64,000 nt of DNA from positions 1 through 64,000 of the forward strand of contig CABMCB010000004.1 in the NCBI GenBank assembly GCA_902384455.1, in the 5' to 3' direction. Both the position numbers and the translations under genes were made by a program. The notes under the pieces were generated by a model. That model had not been told where the DNA came from and did not search any database. It saw only the letters and a list, made by a program, of their open reading frames with translations. This DNA is from an uncultured archaeon. Its GTDB lineage: Archaea; Altiarchaeota; Altiarchaeia; IMC4; SCGC-AAA252-I15. Shown in pieces: positions 30,504-40,422 of the stretch (position 1 is its first letter; every line of letters starts with the position of its first letter).

Positions 30504-31775
30504 TTAATTCCGAATAACCAGACGAGGAATGCTGTTGACCTTCTTAGCAAGACGGTCAAGGTTCTTGATGACATTGTAAATGTCAGCATCCGCACTGGAA
30601 CAGGCCGACGAGTTTTCCCTAGTTACGACAGGGTTACGGTTCTTCCTTGTAGACCTGTCGTATAAATCCAAAGTATCCTTACGCAAGTATCCGCAGCTCT
30701 CTAACTGTGTGTGTTTGAGTAGCTTTTTATTGGCCTTCTTGATTCGGTTGATGAAGTATTCCCAGGAGACTTCCCGGATGTTCTTGAAGAACCTTGAGGG
30801 CATTGAACCACAGAAGGCCTTCTGGGCCTCCCTCATGCTGTCGAAGCCAATCATGTACTTCTCTTCGGGCTCCAGGTTATTCTGGGAGATATCCCACGGA
30901 GTTGGCCGCTGCAAGAGAAGGTACACAAGCTTTGAGGATTTATTCGGACCTACGTAAACATCCAGCTCTTCGCCATCCGCTGTGATAGTATCTGGAATGT
31001 ACCCGTAGGAAGCCTTCATCAGCTTCCCATCCTTCATAACCCCATCTTCCTTGTAACGACGAACGGCTCCTTTGGGCCATTCAATGCAACATTCAATTCC
31101 GTGCATCGTGATAGTGCCCTTCACAGGGTCACTCTTCTTAAGGCTGAGGTGTGGCTGTCTCTTGACGGCTTGGTGAAGGTCCCAAGCCAAACGAATACGG
31201 TCCATGTTATAGGATTTGGATACTGTAGGGCTTACAGCACCATCTTCTTCGAATCCGTAGGCGGGCCCCTTCTTCTTACGAACTTGCTCAGCGGTGACAC
31301 TGGGCATGCTCCCAAGATATTTCTTCAGTTCTGCCTGGGTGCTATGGAATCTTGCACTTGAAGAACTACTGCCGTCTGACTCTACAGACTTATCAATAAA
31401 TCCAGAAGCTTCTACCCCAGGAGGTGACATCCCCAAGGTTTCATTTCGAACGTTATCGTGGGACGGACCAGTGTCAGGGAGAGCTTTCCCAAAACCTTGA
31501 CCCCCCACACCACCATAACCTGTCCGGGCTGCCGAAGGGTCATGTCCAGTACCCTGCTTGAGTGCCTCTTTCTGAGCCATCTTCCACTCGCGGGTCTTTA
31601 CAGCGGAGCCCATGGAAGCAAAGCTGGCTCCGCTTTTCTCCATATCTTCTTTGGGGGTCTTGTGGGGCTTACGTGCGTCAAGATTCGCATTGGCTGTCTT
31701 GACGAGCTTCGTCTTTCGAAAGCTGTCAATCCAACGTTCGTAGCTCGGGGTTCCCTTTTTGTGCTTACCGGACAT
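30504..31775 (-). CDS. hypothetical protein (423 aa); C-terminal region with a pyrophosphatase-like SYGYIPDT...DGEELDVYV segment
   Basis: Motif resemblance only. Confidence 0.4.
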   Translation of the reverse strand: MSGKHKKGTPSYERWIDSFRKTKLVKTANANLDARKPHKTPKEDMEKSGASFASMGSAVKTREWKMAQKEALKQGTGHDPSAARTGYGGVGGQGFGKALPDTGPSHDNVRNETLGMSPPGVEASGFIDKSVESDGSSSSSARFHSTQAELKKYLGSMPSVTAEQVRKKKGPAYGFEEDGAVSPTVSKSYNMDRIRLAWDLHQAVKRQPHLSLKKSDPVKGTITMHGIECCIEWPKGAVRRYKEDGVMKDGKLMKASYGYIPDTITADGEELDVYVGPNKSSKLVYLLLQRPTPWDISQNNLEPEEKYMIGFDSMREAQKAFCGSMPSRFFKNIREVSWEYFINRIKKANKKLLKHTQLESCGYLRKDTLDLYDRSTRKNRNPVVTRENSSACSSADADIYNVIKNLDRLAKKVNSIPRLVIRN

Positions 31776-31776
31776 G

Positions 31777-32166
31777 TTACTTCTTTCCTTGAACCCCGCT
31801 CTTTAAACAAACAACGACGCAGAGATTGCCCGCTTCTGGAGAAGTCATGAGTTTTGAAATCGCATTTCTCGTAGACTTTGCAAGAAGCATCGAAGTCTCG
31901 AAATCAACATCAGCATTCTTTAACATGAAGTCAGACACAGTACCGTTGGAATGCTTGACGAAGTCCATGATTTTCGCGTAGCCTTTGAATTCAGGACTTT
32001 CCACGAAAATCAAATCATCCAGTTCAATCTGACTGGCTTCGACAAGATGCAGATAGACCTTCAGATTCTCTTTGGAGTTCTGACGCCAGACACAAAAAAG
32101 AGACTTCCTTTGTGGTGGAAGGTCTGTGTTACCGACATGCTCGAATTTAGGAGGTGTATTGTCCAT
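31777..32166 (-). CDS. hypothetical protein
   Basis: ATG at 32166 with RBS AGGGAGC; late motif 20 nt upstream. Confidence 0.45.
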   Translation of the reverse strand: MDNTPPKFEHVGNTDLPPQRKSLFCVWRQNSKENLKVYLHLVEASQIELDDLIFVESPEFKGYAKIMDFVKHSNGTVSDFMLKNADVDFETSMLLAKSTRNAISKLMTSPEAGNLCVVVCLKSGVQGKK

Positions 32167-32185
32167 CGTAAGCTCCCTAATATAA

Positions 32186-32199
32186 CCCAAAATTTAGGG
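32186..32199 (-). promoter_or_regulatory. late-gene motif CCCTAAATTTTGGG (copy 1)
   Basis: One of six copies of a near-palindromic motif upstream of - strand genes. Confidence 0.5.
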
Positions 32200-32211
32200 A
32201 TGAAATACCCT

Positions 32212-32282
32212 TTTCTCATAAATAAAAACGCCCCAATTTGAGCGTTGCCGAACCAAGTGGGCAAGAGGCTTGGGGCGTGTGC
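32212..32282 (-). terminator. rho-independent terminator (minus strand)
   Basis: On the - strand: ACGCCCCAAGCC...GGGGCGT long hairpin followed by TTTTTATTTATG. Confidence 0.55.
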
Positions 32283-32340
32283 TGCTTACGAGAAACGCTA
32301 AGCGTCTCCGCAACTCCTCCTACACTAGGTAGGTGAGCTA

Positions 32341-32745
32341 TTAGACCTGGGAAGAACTGTTGAGGGACTTCCCGAGCTTGTCGAAGGCGTCCTTGAACGA
32401 CTTCGCAAGGTTGGCATCACCAGGGTGTGACTTGATTTCCTGGTGAATCTTCAAGGCTTCCCGAATCTGGTCACCCATTTCCGACTGGGCGATACTCTTC
32501 AGAAACTGCTCCTGGTCGGCAGGAGACGCAGCCGCAAGAACTTCCAGGCTGGTCATCATGTCTTCGTAATTCATCGACGGGTTAATCGAGCTCATGCTTT
32601 TCTCCAGTTTTGATTTCTTCATCCGCTTGAAGTATTCGATTTGCTGAAGGCGTTTGACGGCTGCCTTCTTGGACGAGGGTTTCGAAAGCCGCTTGCTTCC
32701 GTCTTTGCTGAAAACTGAGTATCCGCTTCCCTCTTTGCGAATCAT
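32341..32745 (-). CDS. hypothetical protein (Lys/Ser-rich)
   Basis: 134 aa. Confidence 0.45.
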   Translation of the reverse strand: MIRKEGSGYSVFSKDGSKRLSKPSSKKAAVKRLQQIEYFKRMKKSKLEKSMSSINPSMNYEDMMTSLEVLAAASPADQEQFLKSIAQSEMGDQIREALKIHQEIKSHPGDANLAKSFKDAFDKLGKSLNSSSQV

Positions 32746-32746
32746 C

Positions 32747-33364
32747 TTAGCCCTTCTTGGCCTTCTTCACGAACTTACCGTACTTGCTGTCCTCACTATC
32801 CTCGCCATCACCCGGCTTGACAGGGAGAGGCTTAGTAGGCTTCTTCGCCTTGGCAGGTGGAGGAGCCCCTGGCTTCTTCGTAGCCGCTTGAGTGATGGAA
32901 GCCTTCGCTGCACGAGTAGCAGCAAGACGTTGCTTCCACTGGAAGTACCCGGCAGTCCCTTTGACAGGACCCCGGACACCCTTCTCAAGTCCCGGAGGAA
33001 CTTCACCCTCAGTGCGGGCATAGGCCTCGGGGGTCTTTCCTGCGAGAGAGTTCAGTCGGTTCAAGACAATCCCAATGACCGGCCCGGGGAGAATTGCGAA
33101 GATGATTTCGCGCTGCTCAGGAGAGGCGTCCTGGAGCTTCTGGACCATCTTCTCGATTTCTTCTCGGTCCCACTCGCGCTTGTCCCCAAGACCTTCAGAA
33201 GGAGATTTGTCGTTCTCAGCCGTAAGCTCAATCCCCTTCAGGATAGCCTGGCCCTCCGCAGACTTGTAGAACTCGTGTCTGACAGTCGGAGGCATTGAAA
33301 GGATAGCCTGAATAGCTCCTCGAAAGTCCTCGTTGCCTTGTTCTTTGGTATAGTCGATTTTCAT
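32747..33364 (-). CDS. hypothetical protein with Lys/Pro/Ala-rich basic C-terminus (scaffold-like?)
   Basis: RBS AAGAGGAAC; late motif 35 nt upstream. Confidence 0.45.
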   Translation of the reverse strand: MKIDYTKEQGNEDFRGAIQAILSMPPTVRHEFYKSAEGQAILKGIELTAENDKSPSEGLGDKREWDREEIEKMVQKLQDASPEQREIIFAILPGPVIGIVLNRLNSLAGKTPEAYARTEGEVPPGLEKGVRGPVKGTAGYFQWKQRLAATRAAKASITQAATKKPGAPPPAKAKKPTKPLPVKPGDGEDSEDSKYGKFVKKAKKG

Positions 33365-33400
33365 GGGTTCCTCTTAAGCAGTGTTTCTCCGTCTAATTAA

Positions 33401-33417
33401 CCCAAAATTTAACGGGG
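33401..33417 (-). promoter_or_regulatory. late-gene motif CCCCGTTAAATTTTGGG (copy 2)
   Basis: Lies between the GT9 gene end and the 33364 start. Confidence 0.5.
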
Positions 33418-33419
33418 TT

Positions 33420-34529
33420 TTACTTGCAAGCGACGTCTACGATGCCCTTGAGTTTTGATGCTATTTCAGCGTAAAGAGGGTCTTTGGGACTACAATAGGC
33501 CTCTTTAAGTGCCACCGCTTCCCTATCATTCGCTCGTTTAATCAAGGTATCTAAGGCCTTGGCGATGTCCGACAGGAACATTTCCTGAGAACACTCGGGG
33601 TATTTTACAGCCACAGGTACCTTAGTCTTAGGGCAAACATTCATCCAATCGTGTGTTCTCCACCAGCAGGGAGAGCAAGCCTTGCTTCTCAGGTTTATGT
33701 TATTGGGATACCCGAAGACAGAGGGTGGGGTGGAGCTAAACAGTACCAAGGAATCTGTACCTACCGCCTTAGCCAGGTGGGCAATCCCACCTTCAATAGA
33801 CACGTTGAACTGGGCACCCTTCAAGAGCTTGGCTGTCTTGAATACATTGTCGCAGTCCATGACCAGTACAGTGTCTGAAATCCGGGTATCTGTCGGAAGA
33901 CCTACTTGAATCGGAATGAATCCCTTGGTTTGTAGGTACAATGCTACAAGAGTCCAGACACTCCCGGGGAAACACTTTGTCTGTTTATCACCCCAGGCAG
34001 CATTACACAAGGTGACGTACTTGGCGTTCTTGTACGGGTTATCCCACCCATCCGCCAGGGACACGTTAACGAACATGTCCTCAATACTACCTTGGAGAGC
34101 AGCACTATCATAGAAGATTTCCCAGAAAGGCTTCTTAAGCTTCTCCATAGCAGGAATATCTTCAAGGAATTTGTGGAAGAGGTATCCGTACTTACGAAAC
34201 TTCTTATCAGTCTCCTCTTTGTAATCTCGCACACTCTTCAGCTCAAGAGCCTTATCAGAGAAATGCACCTTTGCCGCATAGTGGATTTCGTAAAAGATGT
34301 CGAACTTAGAGGCGTACTTCGAGGCGTAGTTCTCAATCCGGCTTACGCTTTCACGAACTACCTCGTTAACACAGGGGCACCCGTCGAACACATCGAAAGC
34401 TCTGCAGACAGCAAGGGTAATCCTACTGTTTGGGAACTTTCTTTTAATCGCGGCGCAGTAAGCAGAGACGTTGAGGTTGTCCCCGAGGCCCCCACCTTTA
34501 GATACGCCGATGTTCAGTACCTTATCCAT
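33420..34529 (-). CDS. glycosyltransferase family 9 (heptosyltransferase-like)
   Basis: N-terminal GVSKGGGLGDNLNVSAYCAAIKRKFPNSRITL matches the GT9 GLGD.L / ALK..YP motif; low-GC gene. Confidence 0.6.
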   Translation of the reverse strand: MDKVLNIGVSKGGGLGDNLNVSAYCAAIKRKFPNSRITLAVCRAFDVFDGCPCVNEVVRESVSRIENYASKYASKFDIFYEIHYAAKVHFSDKALELKSVRDYKEETDKKFRKYGYLFHKFLEDIPAMEKLKKPFWEIFYDSAALQGSIEDMFVNVSLADGWDNPYKNAKYVTLCNAAWGDKQTKCFPGSVWTLVALYLQTKGFIPIQVGLPTDTRISDTVLVMDCDNVFKTAKLLKGAQFNVSIEGGIAHLAKAVGTDSLVLFSSTPPSVFGYPNNINLRSKACSPCWWRTHDWMNVCPKTKVPVAVKYPECSQEMFLSDIAKALDTLIKRANDREAVALKEAYCSPKDPLYAEIASKLKGIVDVACK

Positions 34530-34536
34530 TTGACCC

Positions 34537-36825
34537 TCAGGGCTTCTGCCACACGTAGATGTAAGACACCTTCAGTGGCGCAATCCCCATTCGCTTGAAA
34601 AAGGCATTCACGAAGTTATGTTTTCCTGAAGTTTCATTAGCGCAGTCGTCCACGGCAATCAAACAACCGGACGGAAGCCTCTCGTAGCAAACCGCCAGCT
34701 CCCCTACTACATGAAGCTCAGACAACCCATAGGGGGGATTGTGGTCGTAGCTATCAAGGAACAGGAGAGAGGTGTTACTCAGGTCCATCTTGAGAAGTTC
34801 AGTGATTGAATCCCCCTGAATAATCTCAGCCCCTCGACTGAACGAACGGGCCAGTTTCACGTGACCTGGGTCAATGTCAATCGACTTCACGGACCCTCCC
34901 AGGTTAGCGACAAGCCACTCCCAAACACGGGTAGAACATCCCTGGCCGTGCCAATCCTCTGTCCAAGTACTCCCTGTCTCAACCACCTGGACAGAAGCCC
35001 CAGCATCAATCAGCTTCTGAGCAATCAAGCTGAAAGCTTCCCACCTGTGAGATTTCCCCAACTTAGGTCCGAATTCAATATTGAACTCGTCTGTAAGCAT
35101 TTGAGAATCCTTTACTATGGGGTTTTTTGAAAGCAGAGTCAGCATTTCACTGAACACCATTCCATTACCTACTCTCATTTCGTAAGTAAGCTCGTGGTCA
35201 CCTGTGTCAATGAAACTGACATTGGAATCCTCGTCCACGAGTGTATTCCAGGGTCTAAAATCTTCGTACCTGTTGGGGTTTGAAGTATACTTGAAGAAGA
35301 TTTCCTTCTGCATCTTGGACATATCGTAAAAAGGAAGCATGCCCCACCGAAAAATGTCACTCAAAAGCATCCCGTCCTTCTTAGGCTCTGGCGGAAACCA
35401 CCCTCTGTCTTTCCTGTACTTAAGGAAGTAGTCTTTACCATCTTCTCCAACAGCGTAGTAGTAGGCTCCCAAAGGACGTCGGTGCTGTACACCGATAAAC
35501 GAAATGTCCCAAGTGTCATACGCTCTGTATTTCTTTCCGTCGACTTCAAGCTCGATGTCTACCTTCTTCTTCAGTTGATAGATAGGTCTTACAGTATTAA
35601 GACGCTCGTTTCGGTCTACTCCAATCAGGCGGACACTGAACAGGCCGTGGGTAACCTTCTCCAGCTCCCTCTTGAAGTGGAGATACACGTTCCCAGAGCA
35701 GCGAAGCTTAGCAGCCCAGGGTAGGAATTCCAGGTGGGTGGCTTGTTCTACGTAAATGGTGTGGGCTCCAGAAGCAATTACCCTATCGAAGGTATCCTGC
35801 ATGCCTGAATACGTCGAGTCTGTCATGTTGTGATGGGACACCGACAGAAACAGGTAGGCTTCCGCTTCAACAAAATCCCGAGTAAACGTGCACTTGGAAC
35901 CTACCGACTTGGCAATGTGATTTGAAGCGTCCACCCAAGATTGGCCACACTCCACTCCGGTTACCTTGCCTGAACAGCCTGCAGCTTCCAAGGACATCGA
36001 GAAGTGGCCTAGGTTGGAGCCGAAATCACAAACACTGCTCTTGAGCAGAGCGGACCCATTGTAAACTCTGTCTGCAGACAGGATAGTTTCAATCCGTGAA
36101 TCGGATAAACGTCCCACAGGGTGAAGGTGTTCCAATCCGAATACGGGCTGATAAATCTCAGGAAGGTCGAACTCCTTCCCATAAATCGGACCGTACTTGG
36201 ACTTCTCAAGGAAGGCTTCAATCGCAGGAATCATACAGGTAAAGTCTCCTGCGTGTACCATACCGTCACTTTTAGGGGCAGGTACCAGGAACCCGTCGGG
36301 GGTACTGTGTTCACTGAACACATCAAAGAAAGTGTAGCCCCGTCGAGAACAAGCTTCCTTAAGAAGCATGTTCATTCTCGAAATGTAGGTCTGCCTCTGA
36401 GCATCAGAGCCGAGGAAAGGGAAGTCAGGGTTATTAAACTTCTGTGACTTGGAAATCTCTACCGTAGGTAAGACACCCTCGACTGCAACTCTCAAGCTTC
36501 GGTCGCCCACAACCTCCGCAATAGCTTCCATGTAGCGGAGAACTAAATCCTTGATTGTTTTCTCGTAGGTATCATGAAACTTGTTAATGTGACACCGGCA
36601 GTCAATCTCCCCAAAACAAAAAACGACAGCGTCCCCAGGCTTGACATTGTATTGGTTTAAGTCAATGAGAGAGGTCTTCTTATTTCCGAAAGTGTGCATC
36701 AAGAAAGGACCAAGGTGATGTACCTCAATGGGTACACTCAGCGCATTAGTCACTTTGAGGGAATTCCACCCGTGATGGCTATGACTATCCCCGAATGTAT
36801 GCAAGGTCATATCAGAGTTATACAC
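34537..36825 (-). CDS. multidomain enzyme: SGNH/GDSL hydrolase plus two class-I SAM methyltransferase-like domains
   Basis: HTFGDSHS (GDSx), VCDFGSNLGHFS (MTase motif I-like), VVETGSTWTEDWHGQG, LFLDSYDHNPPYG; 762 aa; low GC. Confidence 0.55.
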   Translation of the reverse strand: MYNSDMTLHTFGDSHSHHGWNSLKVTNALSVPIEVHHLGPFLMHTFGNKKTSLIDLNQYNVKPGDAVVFCFGEIDCRCHINKFHDTYEKTIKDLVLRYMEAIAEVVGDRSLRVAVEGVLPTVEISKSQKFNNPDFPFLGSDAQRQTYISRMNMLLKEACSRRGYTFFDVFSEHSTPDGFLVPAPKSDGMVHAGDFTCMIPAIEAFLEKSKYGPIYGKEFDLPEIYQPVFGLEHLHPVGRLSDSRIETILSADRVYNGSALLKSSVCDFGSNLGHFSMSLEAAGCSGKVTGVECGQSWVDASNHIAKSVGSKCTFTRDFVEAEAYLFLSVSHHNMTDSTYSGMQDTFDRVIASGAHTIYVEQATHLEFLPWAAKLRCSGNVYLHFKRELEKVTHGLFSVRLIGVDRNERLNTVRPIYQLKKKVDIELEVDGKKYRAYDTWDISFIGVQHRRPLGAYYYAVGEDGKDYFLKYRKDRGWFPPEPKKDGMLLSDIFRWGMLPFYDMSKMQKEIFFKYTSNPNRYEDFRPWNTLVDEDSNVSFIDTGDHELTYEMRVGNGMVFSEMLTLLSKNPIVKDSQMLTDEFNIEFGPKLGKSHRWEAFSLIAQKLIDAGASVQVVETGSTWTEDWHGQGCSTRVWEWLVANLGGSVKSIDIDPGHVKLARSFSRGAEIIQGDSITELLKMDLSNTSLLFLDSYDHNPPYGLSELHVVGELAVCYERLPSGCLIAVDDCANETSGKHNFVNAFFKRMGIAPLKVSYIYVWQKP

Positions 36826-36844
36826 CCCAAAGTAGCGGGTTGTA

Positions 36845-36885
36845 AAATAAAAAAGGCCGGAGCCCGAAGGCCCCGGCCTGTAAAA
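36845..36885 (-). terminator. strong rho-independent terminator (minus strand)
   Basis: On the - strand: AGGCCGGGGCC-ttcg-GGCTCCGGCCT followed by TTTTTTATTTT. Confidence 0.8.
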
Positions 36886-36895
36886 GACCCTTCGC

Positions 36896-37345
36896 TTAGA
36901 TTGCGAAGTGCTTGTCGTTCGGAGTGACCGCCACCTGTACCGTTGTAGGACCAGTGATTGTGGTCACCAGCACGGAGAGGACGTCCCCGGCTTCGAACTG
37001 AGTGAGTGCCTGACCGCCAGAAACGGCGGGAGCGAAGTTGAAAGGAACTCCGGTGTCAGCCACCAAGTTGGTCACTGCAGCATCGCAGGTGGCCAGCGTA
37101 GTGCTCCGGGTCACGTTCTTGACTTCGACAGTCCCTGAAGTTTCAGCCCCGGGAGCCGCAACAATGACCTGTTCCACGAAGCCGGAGAAGGGAGCTACGA
37201 AGAAAATCAGCTCCGCCCCAGTAGTGGCGTTGACCGTAACGCGCTTACGGTTCAGTTCCTTCAGAGCGCCTGCAATCTGCTCCAGGTTGGCGACACGAAC
37301 GTTCTTCTTGTGCAGGATGTTCGAAAACAACTCGGTAAATCCCAT
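36896..37345 (-). CDS. abundant late protein (Ala/Thr/Val-rich; structural candidate)
   Basis: 149 aa, followed by the strongest terminator in the window; late motif upstream. Confidence 0.5.
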   Translation of the reverse strand: MGFTELFSNILHKKNVRVANLEQIAGALKELNRKRVTVNATTGAELIFFVAPFSGFVEQVIVAAPGAETSGTVEVKNVTRSTTLATCDAAVTNLVADTGVPFNFAPAVSGGQALTQFEAGDVLSVLVTTITGPTTVQVAVTPNDKHFAI

Positions 37346-37430
37346 GCTGATTTCCTCTTCTGCTTTCGCAGGTAGTCTCCGGCTTTGCCGGGTCAGCGCC
37401 GCCCAAGGCGGGTATTCGCTGCTTAAACTA

Positions 37431-37446
37431 CCCCAAAATTTAGGGG
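37431..37446 (-). promoter_or_regulatory. late-gene motif CCCCTAAATTTTGGGG (copy 3)
   Basis: Upstream of gene 36896..37345. Confidence 0.5.
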
Positions 37447-37449
37447 ATT

Positions 37450-37842
37450 TTAGCTGACCATCAGGTAAATGTCGTAGGCACCAGAAGTGCCAGAAGTCCC
37501 GAATTTAAGGCCACGATACCGAGTAGTAATCCGAACAATCCCGTCAGCCCCGGTAGTGGTAATTGCCGTAACCCAGGTACTCCCGTCAAGGGTCCCCTTA
37601 ATCACAGGGGTGGCTGTACCTACAACCTGGAGGGATACCTCGTTGAAAGGTCCGCACCAGAGAGGTACGTTGGTAGTGGCATCAACATCCTTGTTCCCAG
37701 TAGCTGCCTTGTAGAGGTACCCGTGAAGAACGAAACTGCGGGCGTAGAAATCGTAGGCAGCGTCGGTCTGGGAAATAACCCGGCCATTGAGCTTGGCGAG
37801 GTCCAGGATGGTACCTGGCTTAGAGTTCTTAATTCCGAGCAT
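37450..37842 (-). CDS. hypothetical late protein (Thr/Gly-rich; structural candidate)
   Basis: 130 aa; RBS AAGGAGCC. Confidence 0.45.
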   Translation of the reverse strand: MLGIKNSKPGTILDLAKLNGRVISQTDAAYDFYARSFVLHGYLYKAATGNKDVDATTNVPLWCGPFNEVSLQVVGTATPVIKGTLDGSTWVTAITTTGADGIVRITTRYRGLKFGTSGTSGAYDIYLMVS

Positions 37843-37869
37843 TGTGGAAGGCTCCTTGGTTTGGCTAAT

Positions 37870-38424
37870 TTAGCCCAAAATTTTGGCTTGTTTACGGCGT
37901 CTTTTGTAGGCCAGGTTTGTTTCTTTAATCTTTTTACGGTATTTTGGGTCTTTACGGTACCTGTTCCTCATGTACTTAAGGTTAGCCAGGTATCGACGTT
38001 CTTTAAAGCACTTCCGGCAAAGCTTGGCACAGGAGGGCTTCGGAAGGATTACTTGCTCATCACAATCTTCACACCGAATCCCGAAGGGGATGTTAAACTC
38101 TACGATAAGGGCCTGAATGTCAGCATCCCGAACTCTGAGTTTGGCAGCCATTCGGCGGACTTTCCAACCACAAAGTCGAAGGTTAAAGATTTTGGCCCTC
38201 AACCCCTCCAAGACACGCGGGGACAAGTCCGTAACACAAGATAGCTTTCTGAGAACCTTTCCTTTTCGAACAATGCTAAGAATGGTTTCTTCGCCCAGTT
38301 CGAAAGTCTCGGAAATATCCTCAATCTTGTCTCCACGCTTGAAACACCGACGAATCTCCTCATCCCTGTAGTGGATGTAGTCGAGCTCTTTCGGGTCTTC
38401 AACAGCGTGGATTTCAAGAGCCAT
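37870..38424 (-). CDS. putative DNA-binding protein (HTH plus C-terminal Cys pairs)
   Basis: EETILSIVRKGKVLRKL; CEDCDE...CRKC; basic tail. Confidence 0.45.
   Translation of the reverse strand: MALEIHAVEDPKELDYIHYRDEEIRRCFKRGDKIEDISETFELGEETILSIVRKGKVLRKLSCVTDLSPRVLEGLRAKIFNLRLCGWKVRRMAAKLRVRDADIQALIVEFNIPFGIRCEDCDEQVILPKPSCAKLCRKCFKERRYLANLKYMRNRYRKDPKYRKKIKETNLAYKRRRKQAKILG
37873..37887 (-). promoter_or_regulatory. late-gene motif GCCAAAATTTTGGGC (copy 4)
   Basis: 25 nt upstream of start 37842. Confidence 0.45.
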
Positions 38425-39707
38425 TAGAACTCAAGACCTCGAAAAGGTACGATGATTTGGTCCAGAGACTTGTCCGTCAGTACTCCGGTCATGTCAATGA
38501 ATCGAGCGTCCCCTACTGCGTATCGTGGGGTGATTTCAAACATGGCCTGGCACTGAGGAGACTCGTGGATGTCCAGGGTATTGACGTAAGCGTCCGGAGT
38601 GACGCCACCGCCGTTGACAACAAGGTTACATCCGTTGTTCATCCGCATAAACAAGCCGGTATGGACGTGCGCTGAAATGAAGACCTTGTACTCGTCTCGG
38701 TCGCGGAGGGAGGCGTTGATTTTGTTCATCTTGGTTTCAATGACCGAAGTGTTGATGGACTTCCCAGGGTTACCGATGCTGAAGTTGGTATCCCCGTGAG
38801 ACGCCCAGATACGGTGTCCCAGGATGGTTGTGTCAATCCATGGGGTCTTAGGCTGGTGCCACAAGACGTTCTTGATGTCACGGACGCGCTGATGGATACC
38901 GTAGTAGATGGTCGTACCCAGAGCATTGTACTTCTGAGCGATAGCCCGCCCCGGATGGATAGCGGTATCCCGGTCATGATTACCTGGGATACAGTACACG
39001 TGAACAACCTTGAAGTTCTTGGCAAGCTGGGCAATCATCTGGCCAAGAATCCACATAGCCCTGCAGGTCTGGATGTGGAGAAGGGCTGAACCGTTAGGAC
39101 CGTGGAGGATGTTTTCGATGAGGTCGCCCAGAAGGAAAAGGTGGAGCTCGGTATCGTCTCGATAGCCCCTCTTGTACTCACAGGCTGTACGTACAATGTG
39201 GGCAACAGTGCGGGCTTCTTCAATCACCCCATACCGATGATTCGTTTCGTCCGGGTCCACATCATGTCCAATGTGGAGGTCGGATACCACCAGGGCCAAA
39301 CCGCGTTGAGTCTTAGCGTGTGTCTTCGCCTTATAGGGGGTAACACGAAGACTCTTCATGCCACCCATTACCCGCTCAAGGTCTTCCAGGAACAGGTCAT
39401 AGTTACCGATGGCCTTAACGGCCTTCCGGTGGGTAGCCTTCATGCCGTCCATTGTAACCTTGTAGGACGGGCTGAGGATTGGAGGGAAGTAGGTGCTCAC
39501 AAGCTGACGGTAACCGCCAAGCTTTGTGAGAGCACAGTGCTGCCCGAGCTGGTACTGGCCTCCGTTGTGGATGTACACGTTGTGGCTCATAAAGTGAGGA
39601 GGCATGCCCACCTGGGTGGCGACCCTCTGAATGTCCTGGGCAATCAAGTCAGAAGTGGTGGATTGGGTGGCCTGAGACTTGAAATCCGGCTTAGTCGCTG
39701 TTGCCAT
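38424..39707 (-). CDS. calcineurin-like metallophosphoesterase
   Basis: VVSDLHIGH, GDLIEN, GNHD, SHGD, AHVH motifs. Confidence 0.7.
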   Translation of the reverse strand: MATATKPDFKSQATQSTTSDLIAQDIQRVATQVGMPPHFMSHNVYIHNGGQYQLGQHCALTKLGGYRQLVSTYFPPILSPSYKVTMDGMKATHRKAVKAIGNYDLFLEDLERVMGGMKSLRVTPYKAKTHAKTQRGLALVVSDLHIGHDVDPDETNHRYGVIEEARTVAHIVRTACEYKRGYRDDTELHLFLLGDLIENILHGPNGSALLHIQTCRAMWILGQMIAQLAKNFKVVHVYCIPGNHDRDTAIHPGRAIAQKYNALGTTIYYGIHQRVRDIKNVLWHQPKTPWIDTTILGHRIWASHGDTNFSIGNPGKSINTSVIETKMNKINASLRDRDEYKVFISAHVHTGLFMRMNNGCNLVVNGGGVTPDAYVNTLDIHESPQCQAMFEITPRYAVGDARFIDMTGVLTDKSLDQIIVPFRGLEF

Positions 39708-40422
39708 TCTCTTCTCTCTTCTTTCGGTCTTTCTTGATTCGAACCGTGATGTCTGAATCGTAAACAGGGTCCCGCATCACCAAGTTTCCTGCCCGGTCTA
39801 CTCCCACATTCCGTCTATTAAACTCGAAAGTAAGTCCCGGACGCCCCTGTTCAATGATACCGTGGTAGAGGTGTTCAAGAGCTTCTACCAAGGCAGGATT
39901 CTTCTTAATCAGCTTTTCTTTAGCCAGTTCAACGGTCATCTTAGCTGCTTCATTACCTAAGAAGGTCATGCTTGGGGACCCGTTAGTCTCTGCCCGGTAC
40001 CTGTCGTAAACCATACGCATACCATCAGCACGAAGCTTATGCAAGATTTTCATGTCCACCCAGGCTCTATGGTCAGACTGACGAAGGTCCCTGTAGTGTG
40101 GCATCTTATAGATTTTGCAGGTCTTGTTAAGCTCGGGCCCACTCACGTAGCAGGATTCGAGGAATTCAATGCGGGGAAGGTAGGGGTTGTTTGGAGCATG
40201 TTCATAGGCAACAACCAAGGTATCTTTGGCAGTGTCTTCACCCTCGGAACCATCCAAGAAAACCAGACGGGGGATGAAAGCATATACCAAACTTTCCTTG
40301 CCGACCTCAGAAAAAGCAAGGACAGTAGCCCCACCCCCTACGAAGCACATATCAATCTCTTCGTAGATTCCCTTCGAGGCCACGTCACTGAGAATGATGC
40401 GTACTTTATCGCCCTTGAACAT
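39691..40422 (-). CDS. hypothetical protein
   Basis: 243 aa. Confidence 0.45.
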   Translation of the reverse strand: MFKGDKVRIILSDVASKGIYEEIDMCFVGGGATVLAFSEVGKESLVYAFIPRLVFLDGSEGEDTAKDTLVVAYEHAPNNPYLPRIEFLESCYVSGPELNKTCKIYKMPHYRDLRQSDHRAWVDMKILHKLRADGMRMVYDRYRAETNGSPSMTFLGNEAAKMTVELAKEKLIKKNPALVEALEHLYHGIIEQGRPGLTFEFNRRNVGVDRAGNLVMRDPVYDSDITVRIKKDRKKREENGNSD

